Shown: positions 1 through 9,696, counted from the stretch's first letter. The stretch: 64,000 bases of DNA from an uncultured bacterium (GCA_965368975.1 CBDUPA010000003.1:320001-384000); one strand, 5' to 3'. Program-made: numbers and translations. Notes: a model not told the origin generated them from the letters alone.

Positions 1-2
1 CA

Positions 3-740
3 CGGCCAGAGCACGACGGGCTCACCCTGGCTCAGGAAGTAGGTCTTGCCGCCCACGGGTGCGCCGTCTGCGCGCTGCAGCACGTCGGCGGCCTGCAGGT
101 GCGCACGGGCCGCGTCCTCGACAAAGGTCATGTCGACACGGTTTCGCCCCTCGCCGACCTGGATGAGCTTGCCGGCACGGGCACGTGCCACCAGGCGCGG
201 CACCAGGTGCGGATCCCCGGGGCCCAGAATCAAGTGCGGTCGCAGTGCGACGGTGCGCAGCGTGTCGCTATGTCCCTGCAACACCAGGCGTTCGGCGATC
301 GCCTTGGTGGCTGAGTAGCGATTCTCGTGCCGCTCGGGGTAGGGCAGCGATTCGTCGTGGCCTTGGTGGTCGCTGCCGTCGAAGACCACGCTCGGTGAGC
401 TGGTGAAGACCAGGTGGCGAATACCATGGGTGCGGCAGGCGGTGATGACGTTCTGCGTGCCGACCACGTTGGGCTGATAGAAGCTGTCCCAAGAGCCCCA
501 GACGCCGGCCTTGGCGGCCGTGTGGAAGACCGCGTCGAGGCTCTTGCCGTCGAGAGGCTTGCAGGCGTCGAGGACCGTCCGGGTGTCGGCCAGGTCGCCG
601 CGCACCAAGCTGGCGCCGGCTTGGGTGAGTTCCGGATAGTCGCCGCGCGCGAAGATGGTGACCTCGTCGCCGCGGTCGAGGAGCTGGCGTACGATGTGGC
701 TTCCCAGGAAGCCGCCACCGCCGGTGACCAGGGCTCTCAT
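3..740 (-). CDS. oleD: OleD-like 2-alkyl-3-oxoalkanoate reductase (3-beta-HSD/NAD-dependent epimerase family); 3' end runs off the window
   Basis: Not in the ORF track because it has no stop in the window. Translated by hand from ATG 740: MRALVTGGGGFLGSHIV (Rossmann motif), FHTAAKAGVWG, FTSSPSVVF, YSATK (YxxxK), LRPHLILGPGD. The start overlaps the oleC stop (ATGA). Confidence 0.85.
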   Translation of the reverse strand, partial: MRALVTGGGGFLGSHIVRQLLDRGDEVTIFARGDYPELTQAGASLVRGDLADTRTVLDACKPLDGKSLDAVFHTAAKAGVWGSWDSFYQPNVVGTQNVITACRTHGIRHLVFTSSPSVVFDGSDHQGHDESLPYPERHENRYSATKAIAERLVLQGHSDTLRTVALRPHLILGPGDPHLVPRLVARARAGKLIQVGEGRNRVDMTFVEDAARAHLQAADVLQRADGAPVGGKTYFLSQGEPVVLWP

Positions 741-2443
741 GTCGCGGGTCCTCCCGGGGTCGTTCGACGCACCCGTGGTGCTGCCCAGGCCGCCAGCGCC
801 TCGCGCACGATCTTGGCATTGTGCCGTACATCGACGGGAAACTCGGGGTGGAACAGGAAGTCGTGAATCTTGGCGGCTCGAGGGTGGTCATCGCCGAGGG
901 CCAGGAGTTCGCGGCGTAGGCGCTCCGCCTCGGCACCGCTGGGTGTGCGCCCGTCGAGCAGCTCGACGACCAGCACCGGTCGTTGCCGACCCCGTGGTCC
1001 GGCACCGACCAAGGCGGTACGTCGGACCGCGGGATGCTGGTCGAAGATCGCTTCCAGGGCCGATAGCAGGAGGGCGCCATCTGCCGTCTCGACGCGGTGC
1101 GACTTGCGGCCACAGACCCACAGCCTGCCGTGTGTGTCGACGTAGCCGAGGTCCCCCATACGATGCCACAGGCTACCGTCGGTGGCACGGATCTTGGCGA
1201 GCGCCGTCTGCTGCGGACGATGGAGATACTCGCGCGTGACGATCGAGCCGCGGACCACGATTTCGCCCAGTTCCCCCGCGGGCAGCTCCTCGACTTCGTT
1301 CCAGGTCTCGAGGACGTCGTCGCTGAGGCGGATGATGCGGATGTCGACGTCTCCTAGCGGCCGTCCGACGCAGACCCCACGCCCGGCTTCTGTGGCGCCG
1401 CGTACGTCTGGATCGAGCACCGTAGCGTGATCGACCAGTGTCAGCGGCAGAGCCTCGGTGGCGCCGAAGGGCGTCGCGACCCGACAATCAACCGGCACGA
1501 TACGGCGTAGATCCTCGACCAAGCGTGGGTCGACCGAAGCACCGAAGAGGAAGAGGTGCTGGAGGTAGGACAGGTGGATGTCGCGCGCCAGGCAGTGGTC
1601 CGCCAGTTTGCGCCACACCACCGGTGAGCCGAGGCTGAGCGTCACACCGTGGGTCTCGATGGCCTCCACCAGGCGTGCCGGGTCGACCTTCGCCGGCTGC
1701 CGTGGGTCCATGTCCGGGATCACCGTCGAGACGCCGAGCGCCGGATTGAACAGCGCGAAGATGGGCAGGATGGCGAGGTGGATGTCGCCCTCGCGGATCC
1801 CCATGTCGCCGTGCATCGCCGCCAGCTGAGCTCGAAAGATACCCTGCAGGTAGACGACACCCTTCGGCATGCCGGTCGAACCGGAGGTGAAGGCGACCGC
1901 CGCTTCATCGTCGCTGTCGGTGTCGGCGATGGAGAAGGGGCCCGCCGAGACACCGCTGGCGAGCAACTCCGTCAGCGTGACCCCGCCCCCGAAGAGCCGG
2001 CTGAGCCCCATACCGGCGTGCGTAGCGCGTCGCCGGACCGAGCGAAACGCGGCAGGGAACAGCCGGCTCAGCACGTGCGCCAGTGGAATGCCGATCATCG
2101 ACGTGGGCTCCGTCTCGCGTACGCACTGCAAGAACGCCTTGCGACCCATGCCGGGATCGATCAGCACCGGCACCGCGCCGGCCTTGAGGAGCGCGAAGAT
2201 CACCGCGATCAGCTCGATCCCGGGTCGGAGCATGACCAAGACGCGCTGCCCGCGGTCGAAACCGCGGTGCACCAGGCCGTGGGCATAGGCGTCGGAGAGC
2301 TGGTGCAGCTGCGCGAAGCTCAGCTGTACGAAGCGCGGCCGGTCGTCGCGCGTGCGGCCAGCGGGGAAGAGAACCGCTGGACGGTGGGGCGCCCGCTCGG
2401 CCTGGCGGGCGAAGTCGCGGGCGATGTTGTAGCGGTCGGACAT
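737..2443 (-). CDS. oleC: OleC-like olefin beta-lactone synthetase (AMP-dependent ligase family)
   Basis: AMP-binding motifs FTSGSTGMPKG, TPFGATEALP, HRMGDLG and CGRKSHRV; OleC-typical IDPGMG and C-terminal FPVDVRHNAKI; lies between oleB and oleD. Confidence 0.88.
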   Translation of the reverse strand: MSDRYNIARDFARQAERAPHRPAVLFPAGRTRDDRPRFVQLSFAQLHQLSDAYAHGLVHRGFDRGQRVLVMLRPGIELIAVIFALLKAGAVPVLIDPGMGRKAFLQCVRETEPTSMIGIPLAHVLSRLFPAAFRSVRRRATHAGMGLSRLFGGGVTLTELLASGVSAGPFSIADTDSDDEAAVAFTSGSTGMPKGVVYLQGIFRAQLAAMHGDMGIREGDIHLAILPIFALFNPALGVSTVIPDMDPRQPAKVDPARLVEAIETHGVTLSLGSPVVWRKLADHCLARDIHLSYLQHLFLFGASVDPRLVEDLRRIVPVDCRVATPFGATEALPLTLVDHATVLDPDVRGATEAGRGVCVGRPLGDVDIRIIRLSDDVLETWNEVEELPAGELGEIVVRGSIVTREYLHRPQQTALAKIRATDGSLWHRMGDLGYVDTHGRLWVCGRKSHRVETADGALLLSALEAIFDQHPAVRRTALVGAGPRGRQRPVLVVELLDGRTPSGAEAERLRRELLALGDDHPRAAKIHDFLFHPEFPVDVRHNAKIVREALAAWAAPRVRRTTPGGPAT

Positions 2444-2471
2444 CGTTACTTCAAGAGGCTGTTGCAGAAGG

Positions 2472-3383
2472 CTACTTCAGGAACGGTACCAGCGAGGGCA
2501 CGATCCGTTCGTGGGCGTCTTCGAAGATGTAGTGCCCGGCGTCGGTGAAGACTTCGACCTCCGCGTGCGGGAAGCGCTGCTGCCATTCGGGTAGGAAGTG
2601 CCGGGTGGTGAAGCAGAAGTCCTGATCTCCCCAGTAGATCCGCATCGGCCGCTGCGCCAGCTGGCCCAGGCCGGCGTCGATGGCGTCGAGGGTACGGCGG
2701 GTTGGATGATGCGGCTCGAGCGGGATGTCGCGCACGAAACGATGGACGGCGACGCGGTCCTGCCAGCTGTCATACGGGGCGAGGTACCCGGCACGCACGT
2801 CCTCGGGCAGGTGCTGCGACGTGGCGAAGAGCTGGGCGGCGCGGGCGAAGCCATTGAGCCCACGCACCAGGAAGGCACCGACGGCAGGGTAGCGGCAGAC
2901 ACGGATACGCCAGGGGCAGAAGTCGACGTGGAAGGCGGCGGTGTTGCCGACGACGAGACGGTCGACGCGCTCGGGGTGGCGCGTGGCCCAGCCCATTCCG
3001 ATGGCGCCGCCCCAGTCGTGGACGATCAAGGACGCCCGCTCGACCTCGAGGTGGTCGAGCAGCGCTTCGAGACGCTGGATGTGCAGTTCCAGCGTGTACG
3101 GCGTGCCCTCGGCAGCCGCTGGTGGCTTGTCCGACAGGCCGCAACCCAGGTGGTCCGGAACGATCACGCGGTGATCGGGGGCCAGCGCTGGGATCAGGTG
3201 ACGGAAGTAGAACGACCAGGTCGGGTTGCCGTGCACCAGGACAACGGGCGGCGCTTGGGGGTCGCCTTCGTCGAGATAGTGCAGGCGCCACGGCGGGTGC
3301 GGCGATGCGCCGGGCTCGTCGAGCTGGAAGAAGTGACTCTGAAACGGATAGTGGACACGCCACGGTGCGTTGGGGGAATTCAT
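2472..3383 (-). CDS. oleB: OleB-like beta-lactone decarboxylase (haloalkane dehalogenase-like alpha/beta hydrolase)
   Basis: HGNPTWSF, PDHLGCGLSDKP, nucleophile motif HDWGG, WGDQDFCF and AGHYIFED; directly upstream of oleC. Confidence 0.88.
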   Translation of the reverse strand: MNSPNAPWRVHYPFQSHFFQLDEPGASPHPPWRLHYLDEGDPQAPPVVLVHGNPTWSFYFRHLIPALAPDHRVIVPDHLGCGLSDKPPAAAEGTPYTLELHIQRLEALLDHLEVERASLIVHDWGGAIGMGWATRHPERVDRLVVGNTAAFHVDFCPWRIRVCRYPAVGAFLVRGLNGFARAAQLFATSQHLPEDVRAGYLAPYDSWQDRVAVHRFVRDIPLEPHHPTRRTLDAIDAGLGQLAQRPMRIYWGDQDFCFTTRHFLPEWQQRFPHAEVEVFTDAGHYIFEDAHERIVPSLVPFLK

Positions 3384-3441
3384 GGCGGCGGCAGCGTATC
3401 ACCGCTACCGCCGCTCAGAGCTGGCGTCGCTCAGGATCGGA

Positions 3442-4536
3442 TCACGGTGTCACCACCTCGGTGGCCGGTCGGTTCATGCTCCAGTTGAACCAGAAGGTGT
3501 CGACGCCTGGCAAGCGCTGCACGGTCGATGCGCCCTCGCCGACGAAGCTTGCGGAGGCGGGGTCGAGTCGGGAACCCGACGCGCGGTGCACCCAGGTGCC
3601 GCTGTGCGCTTCGAAGGCGTCGCCTTCGGCCGGCTTCGGTGCCACGAAGGCGGCTGAGCTGCGGTAGATCGCGGCGCCTGCGGGGCGCTGGAGCAGGATC
3701 TGGTGGTCTCCCAGCTGCAACAATACCCCCGATCCGGTGAAGTGCTCGGAGGCTACAGCGTACGGAGTGCCCTCGAGTTCGAAGGCGAAGATGTGGGCTT
3801 TGGCTGACAGGCGAGTGTCCGCCAGCTGGCCATCTCGGAACACTCGATCGGAGGACAGGTAGTTGTCATAGGGATTGCTGTCCGCGTGCTCCTGCCCGCC
3901 GACGGAGAGCACGAGCGTGTGGGGGTAGCGACCCTTCCAGTCGGCCCACTGTGCCTTCTCGCCAATCGTGAGCTCGTCGAGCAGAGTGCCATCGAGATCG
4001 CCGGCGATGGCTTCCCCGTTGAGGATCGGCCAGTAGCTGTCGGTCTCGCGGTCCTGCATCACCAGCGTGGCGTGGATGAGACCGCCGGAGGGTTCGAAGT
4101 GAAGAGTCTTGCCCGCGTAGTTGCGGCCGTACACGACGGCCGTGTTGGCGAGCGGTCACCAGACTGCCGCGATCGGCAGCTCTCCCAGGCGATCGTTGAC
4201 TACTTCGTGCTGGTTCAGCAGGTTCAACGAGTAGGCGCGCGCCTCTCCGTCGAGCGCGATACCGAGGACCCAGGCATCCTCCGGCACGTCGGCTTCGTCA
4301 GCCGTCACGAAGTCGGGAGCGTGGATCGCCGGAATGCCGCCACGCGGTAGCAGCTGCTGGAAGCTGTCCGGCAGATCCGGATGCACTTCGGCACCGCGCA
4401 TTCCTGGCTCAGGAGGCTTGTCACGCACACCTTCGGTCGCGGCGCTCAGAGCACTCGGGCCGAGTGTCAGCAGCAGAGCTGGGAGCAGGGATCGCAGGAC
4501 GTGGCCGAGCGACACTGGGGTGTTTCGTCTGGGCAT
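3442..4536 (-). CDS. DUF3179 domain-containing selenoprotein (secreted), about 364 aa, with an in-frame UGA at 4156-4158 read as Sec
   Basis: Track ORFs 4156..4536 and 3442..4134 are in the same frame and separated by a single TGA: ...HEVVNDRLGELPIAAVW-UGA-PLANTAVVYGR...LVMQDRETDSYW. The UGA falls at the first Cys of the family's CPLC-type motif. N-terminal signal peptide; SECIS-like hairpin follows the UGA. Confidence 0.85.
4124..4158 (-). promoter_or_regulatory. Putative bacterial SECIS element
   Basis: Minus strand reads UGA-ccgcucgccaaca-CGGCCGU-cgugu-ACGGCCG: a perfect 7-bp stem (4124-4142) with a 5-nt loop containing G at position 2, the loop starting 20 nt after the UGA. Confidence 0.7.
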
Positions 4537-4893
4537 GGATACCTCCGAGGGGATGAGTCAGGTCCTTGGGGAGTGGCTGGCCACGGCTTGGTGCACGAGC
4601 AGTACGGTGGTGCCAGGGCGGATGGATTCTCTGTGGAGGCCTATGCTACATTTCTCGCGCTCCTTTCGCTTTCTTTGCTTTTCTGGCAGCGACGACCGAC
4701 TCCGAACCCGCGCTTCTGACGCCTGTGCGGTCAGGACTTTCCGTCGCTCCTGTCCACTCGCTTTCAAACACTACAGTCCGAAGATGTAGGCCGGAATCGT
4801 CCGGATGGCTGGGGCGCTGTCCGCGCTGCGTGAAGCGACTCCGCCTTGCCTGCATCTCAACCCTAGGCCTTTGGAACCAACAAGGAGGAGAGC

Positions 4894-5766
4894 ATGAGGC
4901 CGAATTCATCCGCGATCCGCGTCGTGGGTCTGTTGACGTTGTGTGGTCTGCTGGCGCTGCCGGCGCTGGCCAACACCGGTGTGGCATTCGTCCATGGCAC
5001 CGGCAATCAGACAGATGCCCTGAACGACTACTGGAAGAGTGACTTCGTCAACTCTGTACGCCAGGGATTGTCCAACAGTGCGAACTACACGGTGATCAAC
5101 TGTCAGTTCGAGGAGTACATGTGGGACTCCCAGGCCGCCGGATGCCTGGCGGGCTATCTCTACAACTTCATCACCAGCAAGAACATCGACGACTTGGTGG
5201 TCATCACGCACTCAAATGGTGGCAACGTGATGCGCTGGATCCTGTCCAACCCGACCTGGGACAGCCGCTATCCGACGATCATCAACAACACCCGCTGGGT
5301 CAACGCGCTGGCACCATCGAGCTTGGGCACGCCGCTCGCCGATGCCGTGATGAGTGGCTCGATCTTCGAAGCGGCGGTCGGCTGGTTGCTTGGTTATCAG
5401 AGCGACGCTGTGCGCATGCAGCAGACGTCGTGGATGGCCTACTACAACTCGACCTACCTGCTCGGTACGTCCGGCCGTCCCGCTCTACCGAAGGGTTTCT
5501 GGAACGTTGTTGGTACCGACGTCGAGACCGCGATTTGGGATGGGGACAGCTACTGCGGTGGTTACGACCTGAACCTTGGGCTCGAAGTGACGCAGGCCTG
5601 GCTCGCCAGCTGCTCGGATGGGTTCCTCGAGTGCACTAGCCAGGCGGGAGCCGGCTCGGTCTGGTTCTATGACACCAGCGTGACGGCTGGTGGCGAGCCG
5701 CTGAGCCACAACCAGAGCCGGCGCAAGTGCTTCAACCTCGACGTCATTCTGCGCAACGACCTGTGA
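4894..5766 (+). CDS. Secreted alpha/beta-hydrolase (lipase-like)
   Basis: Signal peptide ending ALA-N; oxyanion motif FVHGTG; nucleophile elbow THSNGG; later SDG and SHNQS candidate Asp/His; strong RBS AAGGAGG. Confidence 0.8.
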   Translation: MRPNSSAIRVVGLLTLCGLLALPALANTGVAFVHGTGNQTDALNDYWKSDFVNSVRQGLSNSANYTVINCQFEEYMWDSQAAGCLAGYLYNFITSKNIDDLVVITHSNGGNVMRWILSNPTWDSRYPTIINNTRWVNALAPSSLGTPLADAVMSGSIFEAAVGWLLGYQSDAVRMQQTSWMAYYNSTYLLGTSGRPALPKGFWNVVGTDVETAIWDGDSYCGGYDLNLGLEVTQAWLASCSDGFLECTSQAGAGSVWFYDTSVTAGGEPLSHNQSRRKCFNLDVILRNDL

Positions 5767-5780
5767 GAAGGAGAGTAGAG

Positions 5781-7067
5781 ATGTCACGCAACTTCGTCTG
5801 GACCTTACCTGTTCTGCTTCTTGCCCTGCTTCTTGGGCTGGCCGTCCTGCCGGCTTCCGCGCAGCGCGAGACTCACGCCTCCCGGACCACCCCTGGTGAT
5901 CTGATCGATCCCGCGGAGATCGCTGTTCCTGCCAATCGCCCCGATGTCAGCCGCGAGGCGGTGACCTTCACCTGGGCGCTCGATCCGGCGCACGAGATCG
6001 GCAAGGACGAGCCGACGTATCCGGTGGCGTATAGCCGGCAATATTGGCTGCGCGTCACGCCCGAAGAGCTGCGTGCAGGTGTGGCTCTACCGACCACCTC
6101 GGCCGGCGCGCTAGTGCGCGTGCAGAGTTTCGACGTCGATGGCGATGCCCGTCCAGTCGACATCGACGCCCTGCGCGTCGCCACCCCCGCCGGCGAGCTC
6201 TTGGTACGTGGCGCGGCGATGGACCTGCTGATCGACGCCGAGAAGATGGACGCCGCGAGCACGCCGTTCGCTACCGGTACCGCAGCCTTCCGGCTGCGCG
6301 GTGACCTGGGAGCGGGGGAGTTCGTGGTCAGCGGTGAGGTTTTCGACGCTGAGAGCCAGCGGGAAGATCCGGGTGCCGACATCGACAGCATCCTGTTCCA
6401 CGTCTTCGAGCCAAACAGTGACGCGGTGCTGGCCCTGGCTGCCAACCAGGGCCACTTTCTGCACAACAGCGTGGCTCGCTTCACGGTCGAGTTGCAAGCT
6501 GAGGACGTCACTTCCGTTGCCCAGATCGACGGCTTTCTCGCCGCGCCTTCCGGCCAGGCCTGGCCGGTGACCTTCACGCCTGCTGCTGACGGTGCCTACG
6601 TGGCGCGCGTGCCGCTGAACGCCAGTGGCGAAGCGGGCTACCGAGGGTTGTGGCAGGTCGAAGCCGTGGTCGAGGGAGACGCGAATGGCCAGCGCGTACG
6701 GCGCGCGGTGCACACGGCCTTCGCCGTCGCACTGCCGACTGCTCGTGTGACGGATGTCGCACGCCAGCGTCAGGACGGTGTCCGCACCGTGGATGTCGGC
6801 GTAGAGGTTGCCGTCGAAGGTCGCTACGAGGTGCGCGCGGTAGTCTATGGCACGAACACCGAAGGGCAGCTACGGCCGCTGGCAGCGGCGCACAGCGCGG
6901 CATGGCTGGAGCCGGGCGAAGGAACCCTGAGCCTGGGCTTCGATGCCCAGGCCCTGGCGCGCGAGGGCTTCGGAGCGCCGTTCGAAGTACGAGATCTGCG
7001 CCTGATCGACCAGGGTCGTATGAGCCTGCTGCAGGAGCAAGCGCGCGGTCCGCGTTTCGATAGCTGA
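5781..7067 (+). CDS. Secreted DUF4785-like Ig-fold protein
   Basis: RBS AAGGAG before ATG 5781; signal peptide; SRQYW, VFEPNS, GRYEVRAVVYG, AAWLEPG and APFEVRDLRLIDQGRM match the DUF4785 pattern as I recall it; 14 bp behind the lipase-like gene. Confidence 0.75.
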   Translation: MSRNFVWTLPVLLLALLLGLAVLPASAQRETHASRTTPGDLIDPAEIAVPANRPDVSREAVTFTWALDPAHEIGKDEPTYPVAYSRQYWLRVTPEELRAGVALPTTSAGALVRVQSFDVDGDARPVDIDALRVATPAGELLVRGAAMDLLIDAEKMDAASTPFATGTAAFRLRGDLGAGEFVVSGEVFDAESQREDPGADIDSILFHVFEPNSDAVLALAANQGHFLHNSVARFTVELQAEDVTSVAQIDGFLAAPSGQAWPVTFTPAADGAYVARVPLNASGEAGYRGLWQVEAVVEGDANGQRVRRAVHTAFAVALPTARVTDVARQRQDGVRTVDVGVEVAVEGRYEVRAVVYGTNTEGQLRPLAAAHSAAWLEPGEGTLSLGFDAQALAREGFGAPFEVRDLRLIDQGRMSLLQEQARGPRFDS

Positions 7068-7114
7068 TTCGCCACGAGGTCGCTGTTTCCCGCAGCGGAA
7101 AGCGAGCTATCAGT

Positions 7115-7147
7115 AAGACCCGGGGAGGTTTCTCCCCGGGTCTTTTT
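7115..7147 (+). terminator. Rho-independent terminator
   Basis: AAGACCCGGGGA-ggtttc-TCCCCGGGTCTT perfect 12-bp stem ending in a T run, 48 bp after the DUF4785 stop. Confidence 0.8.
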
Positions 7148-7402
7148 GCATCTAACCGGATCTGAGCTGTCCAGAAATACAAGATTCAAATATTGTCCAG
7201 GCGCTTCATCGAGCGCTGAGACTGTGCTATCTTCCAGCGCATTGTAGGTTTCGGCAAGAGCGGCGACGGAGTGACTCCCGCCGATGCACTCGCCGCAACT
7301 GATCCTCATCTCCATTAGCGCTGGTCCCTATCTGTTTCGGTATATAACTTGTGGTTCTTCTTGGGTCCAAAGCCGTTCCCCTTCCACATGTAAGGAGACA
7401 TC

Positions 7403-7903
7403 ATGCGTCATTCTCTGCAGGGAAGCGCCGCCTGGCTATTGTGTGCCACCGCGGTCCTCCTCCTCTGTGCTGTCCCGGCGATCGCCGCGGACACCACTTC
7501 TGAAGCAGTTCCCACACCCAACAGTCATGTATCCGAGACCGCGGTCGAAGCCGCGCAGATCCCGGTGCTCGACCTGAGCGGGTTCCTGGCCTTCATCGAC
7601 CCCGAGACCGGTGAGTTCCGGGCGCCGAACGAGCAGGAAGCCGCCGCGCTGGCGCAGGCTCTGCGCTTGCCGCAGCAGGCCCTACAGGCTCGTTCGCTAC
7701 AGGCCCCGACCGTCGAGTCCGTTACGCTCGACAACGGTGTCGCTGCCGAAAGTGTGCTGCTCGATCTGAGCAGCGTCAGCTTCAGCGTCGCCCGTGTGCA
7801 AGCCGATGGCAGCGTTGCGTTCGACTGTGGCATCGACCACGATCACAGCGCGCACACGGCCACCGCGACAGACACCAACACCGCCCAGCCGGGTGAAATG
7901 TGA
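7403..7903 (+). CDS. Small secreted protein (post-PEP-CTERM-1-like domain), partner of the downstream peptidase, copy 1
   Basis: RBS TAAGGAG; signal peptide ending AIA-A; core GFLAFIDPETGEFRAPNEQEAAALAQAL; C-terminal QADGSVAFDCGIDHDH; clear paralog at 9811. Confidence 0.8.
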   Translation: MRHSLQGSAAWLLCATAVLLLCAVPAIAADTTSEAVPTPNSHVSETAVEAAQIPVLDLSGFLAFIDPETGEFRAPNEQEAAALAQALRLPQQALQARSLQAPTVESVTLDNGVAAESVLLDLSSVSFSVARVQADGSVAFDCGIDHDHSAHTATATDTNTAQPGEM

Positions 7904-7920
7904 GACCGGGAGCCAAGACC

Positions 7921-9615
7921 ATGAAAAAGCACTTCGCTCTCGCGCTCCCTCTCGCCCTCCTCGCTCTGCTGACGGTGCCGGCCACGCCGGCTGCCGCTAG
8001 CGCGACGATCTTCGTCAACAACCTGGACGCCCCGGGCGTCGGTTTCAATGATCCCACGCCGGTGGCGCCGATCGGCGGCAACCCCGGTACCACCCTCGGT
8101 GAGCAGCGGCTCAACGTCTTCCAGTTCGCGGCAGACGCTTGGGGTTCGGTGCTGGACAGCGACGCCACGATCACCGTGGGTGCTGTCTTCGTGCCGCTGG
8201 GTTGCAGCCCGTTCGCCGCGACCCTCGGCTCGGCCGGTACCTTGCAGGTATTCTCGTTCAACTCGGCCTTCCAGCCGAACATCATTCCCAACGTTTGGTA
8301 CCACGTGGCTCTGGTCAACGCACTGATCGGTTTCGACGCCACGCCGGGTCCGCCGGACCCGTTCCTGGGGTTCGGTAACGACGAGATCTTCGCTTTCTTC
8401 AACAGCGCGATCGACAACAACCCCAACTGCCTGCCGGGTAACTGGTACTACGGCCTGGACCACGACAACGAGCTGATCGACGTCGACCTGCTGAGCGTCG
8501 TCATGCACGAGTTCGGCCACGGACTGGGCTTCGCCAACTTCACCAACGAGAGCACCGGTGCACCGCTGGGTGGCCGCACGGACATCTTCTCGGTGTACAC
8601 CTACGACAAGACCCTGGGCAAGACCTGGGCGCAGATGACCAACGCCGAGCGCCAGTTCTCGGCTGTCAACACCGGTAACGTGGTGTGGGTCGGCCCGAAC
8701 GTCACGGCCAACGCCTCGCGCTATCTTGCGCCGGGCACGGAAGTTGTGAGCAGCGTCGGCACCTTCGAGGCGCAGGGCGCCTTCTTCGGTCCGACTCTGG
8801 ACTTGACCGGCGTCAGTGGCAGCATCGAGCTGGCCGATGACGGCATCGGTGTGGCGACGGATGCTTGCGAGCCGCTGAACAACAGCTTCGCCGGCAACAT
8901 CGCGCTGGTCGACCGTGGCGGCTGCTCCTTCGTCCTGAAGGTGCAGAACGCCGAGGCGGCGGGTGCCAGTGGTGTCATCGTGGCCAACAATCAGCCGACC
9001 GGCCTGCCGCCGATGGGTGGTTCGACGGCGGTAGGTATTCCTTCCGTCGGCATCTCGTTCGACGACGGCAGTCTGGTCAAGGCCAACCTGCCGGGTGTCA
9101 GCGCGACGCTGCGTCAGAGCACCACCGGTCGCACGGGTACCGACATCAACGGCCTGGTGCGGTTGTACGCACCGCCGAGCGTCGCTTCTGGCTCGTCGCT
9201 GTCGCACTGGGATACCTCGGCGACGCCGAACCTGCTGATGGAGCCCTTCATCAGTGACGACCTGACGCCGGCTGTCGATGTCGACCTGACCCGCCACCTG
9301 TTCCAGGACCTCGGTTGGGAGCTGTGTGACAGCGACGGTGACGGCGTGCCGAACGCGGACGACGCCTGCCCGGCTTCTGATCTGGGTGCCACGGTCGTGA
9401 TCGACGGCTGCGACAGCGGCGTCGGCAACCTGCTGTTCGCCGATGGCTGCACGATCACCGACCTGGTGCTCGGCTGTGCCGACGGTGCCGGCAACCATGG
9501 GCAGTTCGTCAGCTGCGCGACCCAGACCGGCAATGGCCTGGTCGCCGCCGGTGTGATCAGCGGTTCCGACAAGGGCGCGATCACCAGTTGCGCTGCGCAG
9601 TCGAGCCTCCCCTGA
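7921..9615 (+). CDS. Secreted PA-domain zinc metallopeptidase (leishmanolysin/M8-like topology) with TSP3-like repeat and Cys-rich tail, copy 1
   Basis: Signal peptide MKKHFALAL; MHEFGHGLGF zinc motif; PA domain (DACEPL...IALVDRGGCSFVLKVQNAEAAGASGVIVAN); distal SHWD...LLMEP; DSDGDGVPNADDACP Ca-binding repeat. Confidence 0.85.
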   Translation: MKKHFALALPLALLALLTVPATPAAASATIFVNNLDAPGVGFNDPTPVAPIGGNPGTTLGEQRLNVFQFAADAWGSVLDSDATITVGAVFVPLGCSPFAATLGSAGTLQVFSFNSAFQPNIIPNVWYHVALVNALIGFDATPGPPDPFLGFGNDEIFAFFNSAIDNNPNCLPGNWYYGLDHDNELIDVDLLSVVMHEFGHGLGFANFTNESTGAPLGGRTDIFSVYTYDKTLGKTWAQMTNAERQFSAVNTGNVVWVGPNVTANASRYLAPGTEVVSSVGTFEAQGAFFGPTLDLTGVSGSIELADDGIGVATDACEPLNNSFAGNIALVDRGGCSFVLKVQNAEAAGASGVIVANNQPTGLPPMGGSTAVGIPSVGISFDDGSLVKANLPGVSATLRQSTTGRTGTDINGLVRLYAPPSVASGSSLSHWDTSATPNLLMEPFISDDLTPAVDVDLTRHLFQDLGWELCDSDGDGVPNADDACPASDLGATVVIDGCDSGVGNLLFADGCTITDLVLGCADGAGNHGQFVSCATQTGNGLVAAGVISGSDKGAITSCAAQSSLP

Positions 9616-9669
9616 GCCTTCCATCCAGCGGCTAGTCGACCCTGACTTGGGGTAGACTGCCGATGAAGT

Positions 9670-9696
9670 GAAGGGCGGTCCTCGTGGCCGCCCTTC
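9670..9696 (+). terminator. GC-rich hairpin after peptidase 1 (possible terminator or processing stem)
   Basis: GAAGGGCGGT...GCCGCCCTTC inverted repeat followed by a pyrimidine-rich tract. Confidence 0.5.

Noticed and set aside
3442-4536. Two separate genes or a nonsense pseudogene, as the ORF track implies
   Set aside because: Same frame, a single TGA at the conserved Cys position, an adjacent SECIS-like stem and no other lesions; recoding explains this better.
6845-7315. 156-aa minus-strand ORF with a CxxC near its N-terminus
   Set aside because: It runs through a terminator and antisense into the DUF4785 gene, has atypical codon use and no RBS.
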